A stretch of 64,000 bases of DNA from Eledone cirrhosa (Eukaryota). The stretch is from assembly GCA_964016885.1 (NCBI GenBank), contig OZ024743.1, positions 70,928,001 to 70,992,000 of the forward strand, read 5' to 3'. Numbering within the stretch: the first letter of the stretch is position 1; every line of letters starts with the position of its first letter. Below the pieces are notes generated by a model, which saw nothing but the letters and a program-made list of their open reading frames with translations, searched no databases and was not told the DNA's origin. Positions 14,721 through 28,701 of this stretch are shown piece by piece. A program made the position numbers and the translations under genes.

Positions 14721-17083
14721 GACCTGATCTTCACCACTACTCCTGAAGTGGTTATCAGTTGTACTACTGAGGAACCTCTAGGCGACTCTGATCATGCTGT
14801 GATCATTGCCAATCTTGCTCTTGCGGGCAGCAACAAAAACCAGAACCATCTCCAATCTGCTTGCTTTGATTGGAAGAAAGCAGATTGGAACTTGTACTGC
14901 TCTGAGCTACAGCGCCCAAACTGGCATGAGTTCTATAACTCTGGAGATGTGAACACTATACTCCAGAGCATCCTGGATTCAATGTGGGTAGCGTGTGCAG
15001 CATCGGTGCCACGTAAGCAGAAAAAAAAACCCACCCCAAAAGTGCAATTTTGGAAACTTCAGCGGTCCGACTTGCCAGGAAAGAACGTCGGAACGCTGAA
15101 CGGGAATATAAACTGCATAAATCAGATGCCAACAGAAAAAAGCGGAATAGATCTTCCAACCATCTCAAGCAAGTGACAAAAAAGGCAGTGCTTGAATTTG
15201 TCAGTGCATAGCAACCAATCCTGACAGTAAGGTGTTCTGGAAATATGTTCATTCAAAGCAGAGACGTCACTCTCCAGTTGGTCGTCTTCGCAATCCCCAC
15301 ACAAGCCAGATCACTGACGATCCCAAAGAATGTACAGAACTCATTACTGTTGAAAACAAGAATGTACCATCTCCACCATCTCTAACATCAAATTCCATAA
15401 GAACTATGGAATTTACACCTGCAATGTTGCAACGTCACCTTAAGAATAAGCGCAACTATGCCTCCCCTGGTCTTGATGGTGTTACATACCTGCTTCTCAA
15501 ACGTGGCGGGTACTTCCTTTTGCACCAGCTTTCTTTCTTCTTTCAATACTGTCTCAACAATGGTGCTACTCTGGAGCAGTGGAAAACTGCCAGTGTCATT
15601 CCCCTGTTCAAAAAGGGTGACCGCACGTCACCTGTCAACTATCGTCCAGTCAGTCTTACTAGCTGTATTGCCAAACTGATGGAATCCTGTGTCAGAGAAA
15701 CACTTTGGAACTTCTGGAGCTCTCACAACCTCATCCGGCCCTCGCAGTTTGGATTTATCCCTAATTCCAGCTGCTGTGATCAGCTTATCGAGTTCCTTGA
15801 AGACATTACCCAGATCACTGACAGCGGCTCATGGGTGGATGTTGTTTACCTTGACTTCGCTAAGGCTTTTAATTCTGTGCCACACAAAAGACTTATGGCA
15901 AAACTCTCTGCAATGGGTGTGAGGGATGATCTTTTTAACTGGTTGAAATCCTTCATTCTCAGCTGAAAAGAGGTAGTCACGGTTCTAGGACAGCATTCTT
16001 CACCATATGAGATGTCATCTAGTGTACCACAGGGATCTGTTCTTGGTCCCCTTTTGTTTGTGGCATATATTAATGACATAGATGCCAACTTAAAGAATGC
16101 CACGGTACTGAAATATGCAAATGACATCAAGCTGTATCTTGAAATCAAAAGGACTGATCCTGAAATCTACAAATCTTTCGTACAATCAGACCTGGACACA
16201 ATGCAGCAATGGATCACAGACTGGCAACTGAAGCTGGCTGTGGACAAGTGTACCACCATGCATTTTGGCAGGAAAAATCCAGCGTCAACATACTCCCTCC
16301 ACAATACTGATATCAAGAAGTCCCTCTTGTGAACGTGACCTGGGCATTACTGTCAGCAGCGATTTGCGTTGGACAAAGCATGTCTCTAAGATTGTCAAGA
16401 AGGCCAAGGGTGTCTTGGCATCACTCAGCAAGACCTTTGTTAGCCACTCTCCAGCCATCTATTTAAAGCTGTATACAGCTATGGTACGACCACACTTGGA
16501 ATTCGCATCATCAGTCTGGAACCCCTATCTTACTCAGAATATTGACCTCCTGGAAACTGTTCAGAGACGTGCAACCAAGCGCATACCCTCCATTAGACAC
16601 CTACCATACTCTGAACGCCTTGCTTCCCTGGGCATGGATTCATTGAAGCTCCAACGTCTGGCAATGGACTTGGTAAACACCCACAAAGTTATTAACCATC
16701 TCGCCAACAACAACCCTGAGCACCTTTTTGATCTCCATGTGTCTAACACACGTGGACATGCCTACAAAATCAGAAAACAGCACAGCTCCCATCACTTTTG
16801 GAAACATTTTTTCACGCTCAGAGTTGCTGAAGCATGGAACAAACTGTCTGCATCAGTTGTTAGCTGTCGAGACACTGCATCCTTTAAAACCCTCATGCTC
16901 TCGAAATTCGCCAAAACTACACCTGATGTACCCCTTCCGTTCACATGCACACATGTGTATATCATGACTCATGCACTGTTCATTTTCCTGACGTTTGTGC
17001 ATTACCCTATGTACTATACATACACTTTTTGATGAGTTGTAGTGCACCTGAGCACTGTACACAATATTTCATTATTATTATTA
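14721..17083 (+). mobile_element. Decayed CR1/L2-type LINE (endonuclease remnant, RT, 3' (ATT)n tail)
   Basis: Broken ORFs 14670-17032 carry LDLIFT, NYRPVSLTS, DVVYLDFAKAF, PQGSVLGPLLF, YANDIK (degenerate YADD) and RGH. Contains stops and frameshifts. Confidence 0.92.
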
Positions 17084-17123
17084 TATACTATATATGTATA
17101 TCTAAACTATATATAAATAAATA

Positions 17124-20100
17124 AATATATATATATCATCATCATCATCATCTTCGTTTAACGTCCATTTTCCATGCTAACATGGGTTAGACGGGAGCTG
17201 TCCCACTTGAGGCAAGGCTGGTCGAGTGACCGTGTCTCGCTCATATAGGACTATCTGGCAGGTTTTCTACGGCTGGATGCCCTTCCTAACACCAATCACA
17301 TTTACAGTGTGGAACTGGGAACTTTTTACCATGTTACCTACACGGCCACATTACAGCGTGTACTGTGTGTGTTTTTTGTTGTGACACCTACACGATCTCG
17401 ATCTCATTATCTCGTGCTGTTGGTGGGAGTGGGAGGATAGGGTAGGGGTAGTGGATTGGGGTGTATATTTGGTTAAGAGGTGCCTACTGACTGTAGGTTT
17501 CGCTTTGTAGATAGGCAAGGCGGGTCTTCTGTATTACTGCATAGCGCCAAAGATCTCGGTCCAGAGACATTGTCTTAGAGAGATTTAAGTGTGTGAGGTC
17601 GGAATTTATCAGATCATCCCAGGTTTTTATGGGTCTACCTACTCCGTAACTACCATCAATTTTGATCGCCCTGCACTTTTTATGCAGCTGTCGTCTTTCA
17701 TGCGCATCACGTGTCCATACCAACATAATCTTCTTTCGAGTAAACAGCAACTGATCCCTCTTATTCCTAATTTCTCACTTAGCTCATTTATGCTTTGCCG
17801 TTCACGTATATTACTGTTACACATCCAACGGAGCATGCATGCTTCGTTCCTTTCCAGTCTACGCAGGTCCTCGGCACGTAATGCCCATGTCTCACTGCCA
17901 TGTAGCATTGCTGTTCGTATACAGGCATCATACAATCTGCCTTTCATTTTTAGAGAGAAACCTTTTGTGGCTAACAGCGGTATAAGCTCTCTGAACTTTT
18001 TCCATCCCATTCTGATTGGGCTACTGTACTTTCAGAACACCCTCCACCACCGCTGATTTCGTCATCCAGGTAACGGAAAGTGTCTACTATTTCTATAGAA
18101 CCATCTGGGCAATAGAAGGAGCTAGTATCCTTTGGACACTTGCTACTTATTGCATCTGAGCATTGGCCACATATAAAGTCTACGTTCTTAGATAGTTTAC
18201 CTGTGATCCCACTACATCTTTTATGTACCCATTTGGGACATAAAATGGAGTTTCTGCCTACTCCTTTCCTACACACTGATCATAGACATTTCCCAGATGG
18301 GACCGGTGCCCTATTTTCCTTCCTACAAACTAGAACTTTAGTCTTAGACAAGTTAACTTTAAGGCCTTTTGATTCTAGGCCATGCTTCCATGTTTCGAAT
18401 TTCTTCTCTAGTTCAGCCATTGATTCAGCTATGAGCGTTAGATCATCTGCGTATAGGAGTTCCCATGGGCAGCCGGTCTTAAACTCCTCTGTTATAGCCT
18501 GAAGGGCAATAATAAATAAGAGGGGGCTAAGGACAGAGCCTTGATGAACGCCAACTTTTACACTAAATTCTTCACAATATTCATTGTTAATTCTAACCTT
18601 ACTGACTGTTTCATTATACATAGCGTGTATAGCTCTCACAAGCCATTCATCTACACCTAGTTTTCTAAGAGCCCACCAGATAATGGAGCGGGGGACTCTG
18701 TCAAAAGCTTTCTCCAGGTCTACAAAAGCTAAGTAGAGGGGGTTTACTTTTAGCTAGGTACTTCTCTTGTAGTTGTCGGACAAGGAAAAGAGCGTCTGTG
18801 GTACTTTTACCTGACACAAACCCAAACTGCATTTCATCTAGATCAATTCGCTCTCTGATTAGTTGCGCTATAACTCTTTCTGTGACCTTCATGACCTGGT
18901 CAACTAACTTAATGCCTCTATAGTTTCCCCTATCTATAGCATCTCCTTTACCCTTGTAGCAGTTAATGATGATGCTGCTACGCCAGTCTTTCGGTATTAC
19001 CCCATTCTGTATTACTTGGTTAACTATACGGGTTACCATAGTGTGTCCCACCATACCAGATGCCTTCAACATCTCAGCAACTATCTCCGAAGGCCCAGCT
19101 GCCTTGCCTATCTTCATATCTTTGATTGCCTTACTTATTATACTACCTTTAACTTGCACCACTGGTCCTTCTATTGGATCGATTTGGGGCAGACTATCTT
19201 TTTCCCATTTATTCTCCTCATTTAATAGTCTGTCGTAGTAACACTTCCAGGCTATCTTCTTATCAGTATCAGTGAGCGCAAGTACACCATTATCATTACG
19301 GGCACACTTCTCCCCGACAATATCATGGTTTTCCTTGACACATTGTCTAGCAATCCTGAACACCTCACATTTTTGGTCCTCACGTTGTAGAACATGCTTG
19401 AACTTTCTATCCTCTGCTACACTTTTTGCAAGGTACACTTGTCTCCTAGCTTCTCTCCTGGCCACTTGATAGTGCTCTCTACTTCCCCCATCCTGCCATA
19501 GTTTCCAAGCCTGCTTTTTGGCCTTGATTGTCTCTTCCACCTTACTGTTCCACCACCAAGTTACTCTCCTCCTGCCAATAGGTCTGCTCTTGCCACAGAT
19601 TTCATCCGTTGCTTTCAGCAGGTTCACTTTCAAGAATTGCCACTGTTCCTCTATATCGCATGTCTCTAATTGCTGTTCCTTATTGTCAAATGCATCAAGT
19701 AATAAGCTTTTAAATTTATCACTGGCTATAGGGTCCTTCAACTTCCATATTCTTCTCCTCAAGGTAGGCCTCCTCTGTCGTCGAGTACGTCTATTCCTGA
19801 CTATGAGGTCACTAACTACTAGGCTATATTGGGAGGTGCATTCTTCACGGGGGAGGGATTTAGTGTTTACAACAGACATTTTGTCCCGTCTTCTAGTAAG
19901 GATATAATCTATCTGGCTGGCGTGTTCCCCTGATCTATAGGTGATCAAGTGGTTTTCACGTTTTTTGAAGTTTGTGTTACAGATAGTTAGGCTATTTGCG
20001 TCACAGAATTCCAGGATTCTGAAGCCCTCCTCACTTCTATTTCCAACCCCATAGCCTCCATGGATTCCATCATAGCCATCACTATGTTGTCCAACGTGAC

Positions 20101-21130
20101 CGTTTAGATCGCCAGCAATTATTAAGTAGTCACTGTCGGTTATTTGGGAGGTAGTGTGCATTAGCATCTCATAGAACCTGTCCTTTATAACACCAGGTAG
20201 ACCAGATTGGGGTGCATAAGCAGATATTATTGTCACAGTGGTTCTATTTAGAACTAGTCTTAATTCAATTATTCCGTCATTCACTCTATTTACGTCAATT
20301 ACCTTATCTACCCAATATTCAGCTAACATAATTCCTACACCACCCTGTCCGTTGTCATTTCCCACCCAGAAAAGTTTATAGCATCGTTTTTTTACCCACG
20401 ATGAATCTGGCAGACCCTCTCTCTCCACCTAGTCTCTTGAATACAACAAACATCAACTTCTTTATGTTCAAGCATCTCTACAATCTCATTTGAGCAACCT
20501 TTCAATGTGCCTATGTTCATGGTACTCTGAAGTTGGGAGGGTGGGATGGATGGGTTGGAGGGGCAGGGAGGGGTGTGGGAGACGGAATTTTGTTGGTCAT
20601 CTGTGTCTGAAATAAAGAGGGATCTTGCAGCGGGAGGTGAATTTATCTTTATCTGTGACGTTGTCATTGAGTGCTTAGACTTTTCAAATTTCCGCAGTCA
20701 ACCCATCAAACAGGTCTAAACTTAAGGAGTAGTAACCGGGGTGATAGCTTTGCTATACTGATTTGTTAGAGAACTTACTAAAGCCGCTGAGTTATGATTG
20801 GACCATATAGCAATGGGTGACTTTAGGAGAAGTTTAGTTTTTAGGAAGGGTCCAACAGATTGAGACATATTAAAAACATGTAAAATAATAATTTAAAATC
20901 AGAGAGGAAAACGGAGAATTTGAATTTTAGAGTGGTATAAATAAGAGTTTAAAACACTGCTTAATTGAGGAGACTACGGAATAAAGAAAAGGCAGGTTTT
21001 GCTTACAGTCTCAAAATCGACAGATCGCCCGTCAGATAGTTTGATAGATAAATTCTGTCATTGGGAACCAGCAAGATTTATTTTATACTTGCGATCAGGC
21101 GGGGGGGGGGGGTATGAGAGAAGGAGCAAA
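17124..21130 (-). mobile_element. Full-length but frameshifted RTE-clade LINE
   Basis: APE endonuclease motifs (IQETRW, SAYAPQ, GDLNGHVG, QIDYIL) and RT motifs (YRGIKL, GVHQGSVLSPLLF, LLYADDL). (GAT)n 3' tail near 17137. Flanked by a ~33-bp direct repeat (17091-17123 and 21131-21163) consistent with a TSD. Confidence 0.94.
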
Positions 21131-21156
21131 TATATGTATATCTAAACTATATATAA

Positions 21157-21238
<82 letters not shown>

Positions 21239-21509
21239 CTAAACTATATGCCATGTATAGCAAAACAAAGTGGTGTTATGTAGATGGATATTGGCTGTGA
21301 GGAAAGTCTGAGAGTGGTATGATTTCTTAAAAAAAAAAAGTTTCAGGGATATAAATATATATGTATATATGTATTGCATATGTGAGTGTGTATGTATGTA
21401 TATTCATCATCGTCATCATCATATTTACGTCTGCTTTTCCATACTTGCAAAGAATCCTTTAATACATCAAAAGTAAAACAAAGAATCCTTTAATACATCA
21501 AAAGTTTTT

Positions 21510-21554
21510 ATTAGCCGACAATGTTTCGTCCTATTAAGGACTCATCAGGGCAAT
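21510..21554 (-). ncRNA. Hammerhead ribozyme motif, type I, canonical core
   Basis: Minus strand reads attgcc CTGATGA GTCCT taat AGGAC GAAA C att G TC ggc(t)aat. All three stems are present, with a GUC triplet. Confidence 0.85.
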
Positions 21555-21886
21555 CAAAACAACAAGAGGTAATATCGGCAGATACAAGCCAGAAACTCTG
21601 CAGAATATGGAGTGTACATACACTAATGTCTTGCAAAGATATACGATAATAAAAATGAAAATAAAGATAAAAATAATAAAATTATAATAACTAACGATGT
21701 AGATAACATTAAGAACCATATTACAAATATAGTCCAAAGCCACCAACCTAAATCTAAACAAATTTGGTTATATAGAGCAGGAATTATATATAACACAATA
21801 TAATACATTATAATAATACTATATTTATACCAACATTAAAATTCCAAATTAAAAATCAAAAGGTACAATATATACATGTATATATG

Positions 21887-21936
<50 letters not shown>

Positions 21937-22674
21937 ACGATACACATATCTATGTTCTATTACACAGAAATTAAGCCCTATTAGAAGTTTGAATATTAAA
22001 AATAAGCATGGTAATCGTGAAAATAATACTAATACATCTACCCAATATACATGAGGCAACAATATGATATAATTACAAGAAACACTTATAACAAATAATA
22101 AACAACAAAATTATATAATTCAATACAATATAATAAAGTAGAATAGATAATCCCCGGTTAATTTACAGAAACAATATAGATGTCACAATGAAATACAATG
22201 ATAAAATGTTAACATTATATTAACAATTACCATAAACAATATGTACAAAATGATTCATACTGGGTTACATAATAAATGAGGAAATATATATCATATAATA
22301 TAATACTAAAAAAAAACTATAATGGTACAGGGAACAATTATGATGTTACAGAAAAAATATGATGTTACAGAAAAAATATACAGACATCTAACATGATATG
22401 TAAAGTCTAAATATCATAATGTTACATATTACAATATTAAAATATTAAAAAATCCAGACATCATACATGATATATAAAGTTTAAATATCATAATGTTATA
22501 TATAATAAACGGTAAGTAATAAGGATCTATATCATAGAGTTACGGCCCTTGCCATTCTGAGTTCAAATCCCGAGGTTAACTTTGCCTTTCATCCTTACGG
22601 GATCGATAAAATAAAGTACCAGTAATATACTGGGTAATTGCTGGCCTTGTGCCAAAAGTAGAAACAATTATATA

Positions 22675-24429
22675 TCATAATCTATAAAGCTCAGTGTGTG
22701 GTCAAGCTCCTTCGTTATAGAAATCTACGATATAGAATTTCTTCAATTGAAATTTACCATTCAGTATTCGAAATAGTTTCGATTGCCTCTTGGCGCAGAT
22801 AATTTTTTTCAATTTCACCCACAATTACGCAAAAAATAGATAAAACTCAATATTTTACGATTTTTCTCTGTCATTTAAACTGCTAAACTCTTTCCACTAC
22901 CATTCAAAAATCTATACAACTTCATACTTTCTGCTACTTTCTCTTTCCAAGCTTGATGGTGATACTGTCCGTTTTACTCTATAATATCATCTGCTTACCT
23001 CCTCTATCTACAACCCACACATTTTGCTACTTTCTCTTTTATACTTCAAACTTACTGATTTATTTCCAAACGCATACTTCACTCAATTAAACAACGTGCG
23101 GGAATTCAAACTTACTGATTTATTTCCAAACGCATGCAAACACACACTCACTTCAATTAAACAACGTTCGGGATTTATAACCACAATCATTTGCCATTTG
23201 CAACATGTACGTAAAAAAATTCCTTTCTTAAAAATGTCAGTTCATTTTATTTGTTTCAATTTACGTTTCTATACACTTTACACAAATATTTTCACATGTA
23301 CGTAAACAACTTCCTTTTTTACAAATCTCACTTCATTTTCTTTCTTTTAACTCACGTTTCAATACACTTTACACACTCTGTCGCTATACTTACCTAAACA
23401 ATTTATTTCAACTCCAAATATTTGTTTCTTTTCCTTCCACGGTCAAAATTTTTCCACATTTCATTCACATTACAATTTCTATCTTTAAGTAACTTTCACC
23501 CTTTATTTTTCACATAAAATCATTATAATCTAAAAAGCTCAGTGTTTGGTCATGCTCCTTCGTTATAGAAATCTACGATATAGAATTTCTTCAATTGAAA
23601 TTTACAATTCAGTATTCGAAATAGTTTCGATTGCGTCTTGACGCAGATAATTTTTTCAATTTCACCCACAATTACGCAAAAAATAGATAAAACTCAATAT
23701 TTTACGATTTTTCTCTCTCATTTAAACTGCTGAACTCTTTCTACTACCATTCAAAATCTATACAACTTCATACTTTCTGCTACTTTCTCTTTCCAAGCTT
23801 GATGGTGATACTGCCCGTTCACACCACTCCCTACTGTCTTAAATTTAGAAAACACATATCCTCTATGAGGTTACTAAACCTGCTAGAAACAGCAGCTAAC
23901 TCTCCCCCATATCACACCCCTCCCCACACCACTCCCTACTGTCTTAAATTTAGAAAACACATATCCTCTATGAGGTTACTAAACCTGCTAGAAACAGCAG
24001 CTAACTCTCCCCCATATCACACCCCTCCCTACTGTCTTAAATTTAGAAAACATATCTTCTATGAGGTCACTAAACCTGCTAGAAACAACAGCTAACTCTC
24101 CCTCATATCACAACCCTCCCTACTGTCTTAAATTTAGAAAACACAGACAACCATGCAGAACAACTCCATCGCAGCTCTGTTGTTCGGCTGGTATTGTCTA
24201 CGCGCGTGTTGCGCAAGTACTGTGAAACAATAAATTTCAACACTTTTATGCACAGAGATTATATCCATAGGCGAAACTACAATTGTCACTGCTGGCGCAG
24301 CTCATGCTTCCAGATCTGCAATTCATTCACCCAGTGCCTGGCAGACAAAATAGTGCTGCCATAAAATGGGTGGTGCAACCTAACTTTGGTAACTTAATGA
24401 CCCCGAGCAACGCCGGGCTTTAATGCTAG
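22675..24429 (+). mobile_element. Helitron-like element with duplicated 5' block and internal minisatellite
   Basis: Starts TC..TCTATAAAG. 22675-22975 is repeated at 23520-23818. Units of ~90-100 bp occupy 23820-24145. It ends with the hairpin CCCGAGCAACGCCGGG then CTAG. Confidence 0.65.
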
Positions 24430-24430
24430 C

Positions 24431-24461
<31 letters not shown>

Positions 24462-24741
24462 TATATGCATATACTTACATAGGTATGTGTGTGTATCTGT
24501 ATATATATATATAAAATTATGACCAATACGATGATGATGATTTATAAGGATAGAACCAGTTTTAAACTAGTTAGACCATTACTCAACAGAGTACTTGATA
24601 CTTGGGGTGGTAGTGTATGGCTTTATTTGAAAGAGTCAGAGCACAATGGCTGAGCTCTTGCTGTTTCAACAACTTGTTCCAGACTCAATCTAGAACTGGG
24701 TGTTGAAATAGCACAGAGCTCAGCCATCGGGCCCCTCACTC

Positions 24742-24790
<49 letters not shown>

Positions 24791-24993
24791 TCATTTTCAT
24801 TTCATTTTGCGTCCACTTTCCCTGCTTACAAGGGTATATACACACACACACACACTCATATATATATATATGCACATACACACACGCATATATATATATG
24901 ATATATTTGTGTTCATACACAGAACAAAAAGCACTACCTTAAGCTTATGAATGAAACAGTTCTACTCCAGTAGAAGACATTTCTATATTAAAC

Positions 24994-25030
<37 letters not shown>

Positions 25031-25069
25031 ATACTTTGGGAGGGTCATGTTGCCAATAATTCAGAAACG

Positions 25070-25108
<39 letters not shown>

Positions 25109-25402
25109 CTTGCAAGCAGGGAAAAGCGGACGTAAAATGATTGATGATGATATATATATATCATCATCATTGCAGTTTAACATCCACCTTCCACGCTAGC
25201 ATGGGTTAAACGGATTAATGTATATATATATTTAAGTTCATACAAATTTGACCATACCTCCAGAATACAAGCGGCATCAAATTTGTGATGTCTCTTCAGG
25301 CGCTTATATGAGTTTATTCAACCTTCCCAATTGCGCACTATTTTCCTTTTTCTCCCTACAGATACTGCTGCGCGCCCCCCCCCCCCACACACACACACAC
25401 TT

Positions 25403-25440
<38 letters not shown>

Positions 25441-26218
25441 AACGACCCCCTCCGGTCACAAATGACCATGGGATTTACACCTAGAAAATTCCCCTCTGAG
25501 GCACAATTCCTGGCAAGGTTGTTTGTGAAAGACCAACAGTCACCCATCTATATCAGTCTTCCTTCTCCATGCCACCGATGTTGTCCAAGGGAAAGGAAAT
25601 GGCCAATACAGCTTGGCACCAGTGACATCACAACTAATTTCTACAGTAGAGTGAACTGGAACAACACGAAAAAAAGTGTTTTGCTCAAGAACACAACGCA
25701 TCACCTTGTTTGAGAATCAAACTCATAAAATCGCAATTTTAAACCCGAAGATCAAACTACTAAGCCATGTGCCTTCATATTTTATATATATATAAAAACA
25801 ATGTCTCTATTAGTCTTTCCATTGCTGATACTAGCTACCAATTGCCATTCCTGACATAATGAGCAAAGTAATGTAAATTATTTTACTCAAGAACACATCC
25901 TGCCTGATCCAGTTTAAGTGACCAGACAGGTCAGGGCGACCATCTCTTGCTCATACTTTCCATTTTGGCACGATTTCTAAAGCTAGATGACCTTTCCAAT
26001 GTGAACAACTTTACAGATTATTATACTGGGTTCAGTATAGTGTGGCACTTAAACTAATATTTTGCAGAATGTATTAGATGCCTATTATCATAGCACTCAT
26101 ATACATCATCATCATCATTTAATTTTTATATATATATATATATATATATGGTGATGGTTGGTATGCCATATATATGTGATGGTATGCCCAACCATTGCTA
26201 GCAGGAAAATGGTGATGA

Positions 26219-26265
<47 letters not shown>

Positions 26266-26385
26266 CATAACCATCACCACCACCATCACCATCATCATCA
26301 TTTAACATCTATCTTCCACGCTACCATGGGTTAGACGGGGATTGTCCCACTTAAGGCAAGATTGTTCGGGTGACCGTATCTCACT

Positions 26386-27181
26386 GCAAAGCATAAACGA
26401 ACTAAGGAAAAAAATTAGAAATAAGAGGGATCCGATGTTGTTTACTCGAGAGAAGGCTACGTTGGTATGGTCACGTGATGCGCATGAAAGACGACAGCTG
26501 TATAGCAAAGTGCAGGGCAATAAAGATAGATGGTAGCCACGGAGTAGGCAGACCCAGAAAAACCTGGGATGAGCTGATAAATTCCGACCTCACACACTTA
26601 CACCTCTCCAAGACAATGTCACTGGACCGAGACCTTTGGCGGTACTCAGTAATAGAGAAGACCCGCCTTACCTAAATACAAAGTAAATCCTACTACAGTC
26701 AGTAGGCATCTCTAACAAAATACACCCCCGTCCCACCACCCCCACCCCATCCACACCGCCCCTTTCAATGTAAAGTTATGTTGGTGCCACAACATCCAGG
26801 CCGAAACAAATGAGATCGTGTAGGTGTCACGACAAAAAAACACACAGTCCACACTGTAATGTGGCCGTGTAGGCAACACGGTAAAAAACTCCCAGCCCCA
26901 CACCGTAAATGTGGTTGGTGTTAGGAAGGGCATCCAGCTGTAGAAAACCCACCAGACAGTCCACGCTGTAATGTGGTCGTGTAGGCAACACAGTAAAAAC
27001 CTCCCAGCTCCACACTGTAAATGTGGTTGGTGTTAGGAAGGGCATCCAACCGTAGAAAACCCGCCAGACAGTCCTATGCGAGCAAGACAACCACTCTTGC
27101 CTCAAGCGGGAAAACTCCCGTCCAAACCCATGCAAGCGTGGAACATGGACGTTAAACGATGATGATGATGATGATGATGAT
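26386..27181 (+). mobile_element. RTE 3' fragment (C-terminal ORF plus 3' UTR with internal duplication)
   Basis: Near identical to 52945-53628 (GRPRKTWDELINSDL), with a (GAT)n tail. Confidence 0.9.
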
Positions 27182-27326
27182 ATATGAGCGAAGAAGCCAT
27201 TTCTATATTAAACATGATATTTATATATATATATATATAAACATACATATAAATATCATGTTTAACATAGAAATGGCTTCTTTACAACTAGAATTGTTTC
27301 ATTCAAAATAAATCATCAGGAAAACC

Positions 27327-27364
<38 letters not shown>

Positions 27365-27366
27365 GG

Positions 27367-27410
<44 letters not shown>

Positions 27411-28386
27411 CATACTTATACACAGGCTTTCCTAATGATTTCTTTTAAATGAAATAATTGTAGTTGCACCCATACATACACACACATACACATGCACATA
27501 TGTATTTGTGTAAATCATATATATATAAACACATTACGTATTTCACTCTTTAACATCACCAGAAAATATCTAAACATTGGTTTGTTAATCCAAATGTTTA
27601 TAGTATCTTTACTTGCAGACAGATCATTGGGAAAATGTGCACTACTAAAGTAAAGACTGTTTTGTAATGTGTTGCAGTCATAGTGCTGTTTTATATTTTT
27701 CAAGAATGTCTTGCTAATGCATTTTCATATGGTACAGGATGATAAATTATTTGCTGGGACATGTTTATTATACACACACACAAATACCCCCCCCACACAC
27801 ACACACACAAAATACACACACATCAACACACATACTCATTCACACGCACACGCATGCACACATATATATATATATTACAAAATGCACATAGCCCACTCTG
27901 TTAAGTGGTAGTGCAGGTGCCACAACAAAAAGTATCCAGTCCACCACCAATTAAGATGGTAGGGCTGGAGTCATGATAAAATGTTCCCAGTATATGTTGT
28001 AAAGGGGTTGATATTAGGAAGGGCATCCTGACAGAAACTAAACCATAATTGGAGTGTACGAGCAAGGAGTGGCCATTTACATTACTCTATATTTACAATT
28101 GTATTTTCATGGTAAACGCTTTATCTCAAATAATATTGAGTCTATGAGATTTTGATATTATTTATTTTTAGAACAATACCTTAACATCGGTATTAGTGGC
28201 CAGTTACAGCCAGTTTGAACAGAAAGCTGAGAGAATTCTGGCCGGATATGGCCGGTCTAAATCTAAAGGGTTAATACGTGACAATTTGTCTAACCCATGC
28301 AAGCATGTAAAATAGATGTTAAATGATGATGATTATGATTATGATGATGATATTACATATATATTTCCTTCTTTATTTCATTGCAG

Positions 28387-28701
28387 GGACAATCCGAACA
28401 GCCCAAGTCCTCGACAGAGAGACAGTGTCACATTACTGGCTCACCGTCTACGCTCAAGATAAAGGACTAGTCCCTCTTTATGGCCATCAAGAAGTGCTGA
28501 TCCGCATCAATGACACCAACGACAACGTCCCACAGACCGAGGAACCTCTTTATAATGCGTCCATACCAGAAAACAGTGGCCCCAATATCGGCATAATTAG
28601 AATCCAGGCTTACGACCTTGACACCAGCCTTAAACAGAACTTAACATTTGCAATAACGAGTGGAAATTCCGAACGTTACTTTAACATAGATTCATTAACA
28701 G
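28387..28701 (+). CDS. Fat-like atypical cadherin, exon A (315 nt, phase 1-1)
   Basis: Splice sites ttgcag|GG and ACAG|gttggt. Translates GTIRTAQVLDRETVSHYWLTVYAQDKG...INDTNDNVPQTEEPLY..., with cadherin DRE and DxNDN motifs. Resembles FAT1/2/3 (LDRE..SHYWLTV, PQTSEPVY). Confidence 0.95.

Noticed and set aside
1-28386. Additional cadherin exons upstream of exon A
   Set aside because: No cadherin motifs were found by eye in any frame, so the region is treated as one large intron. Very small exons could have been missed.
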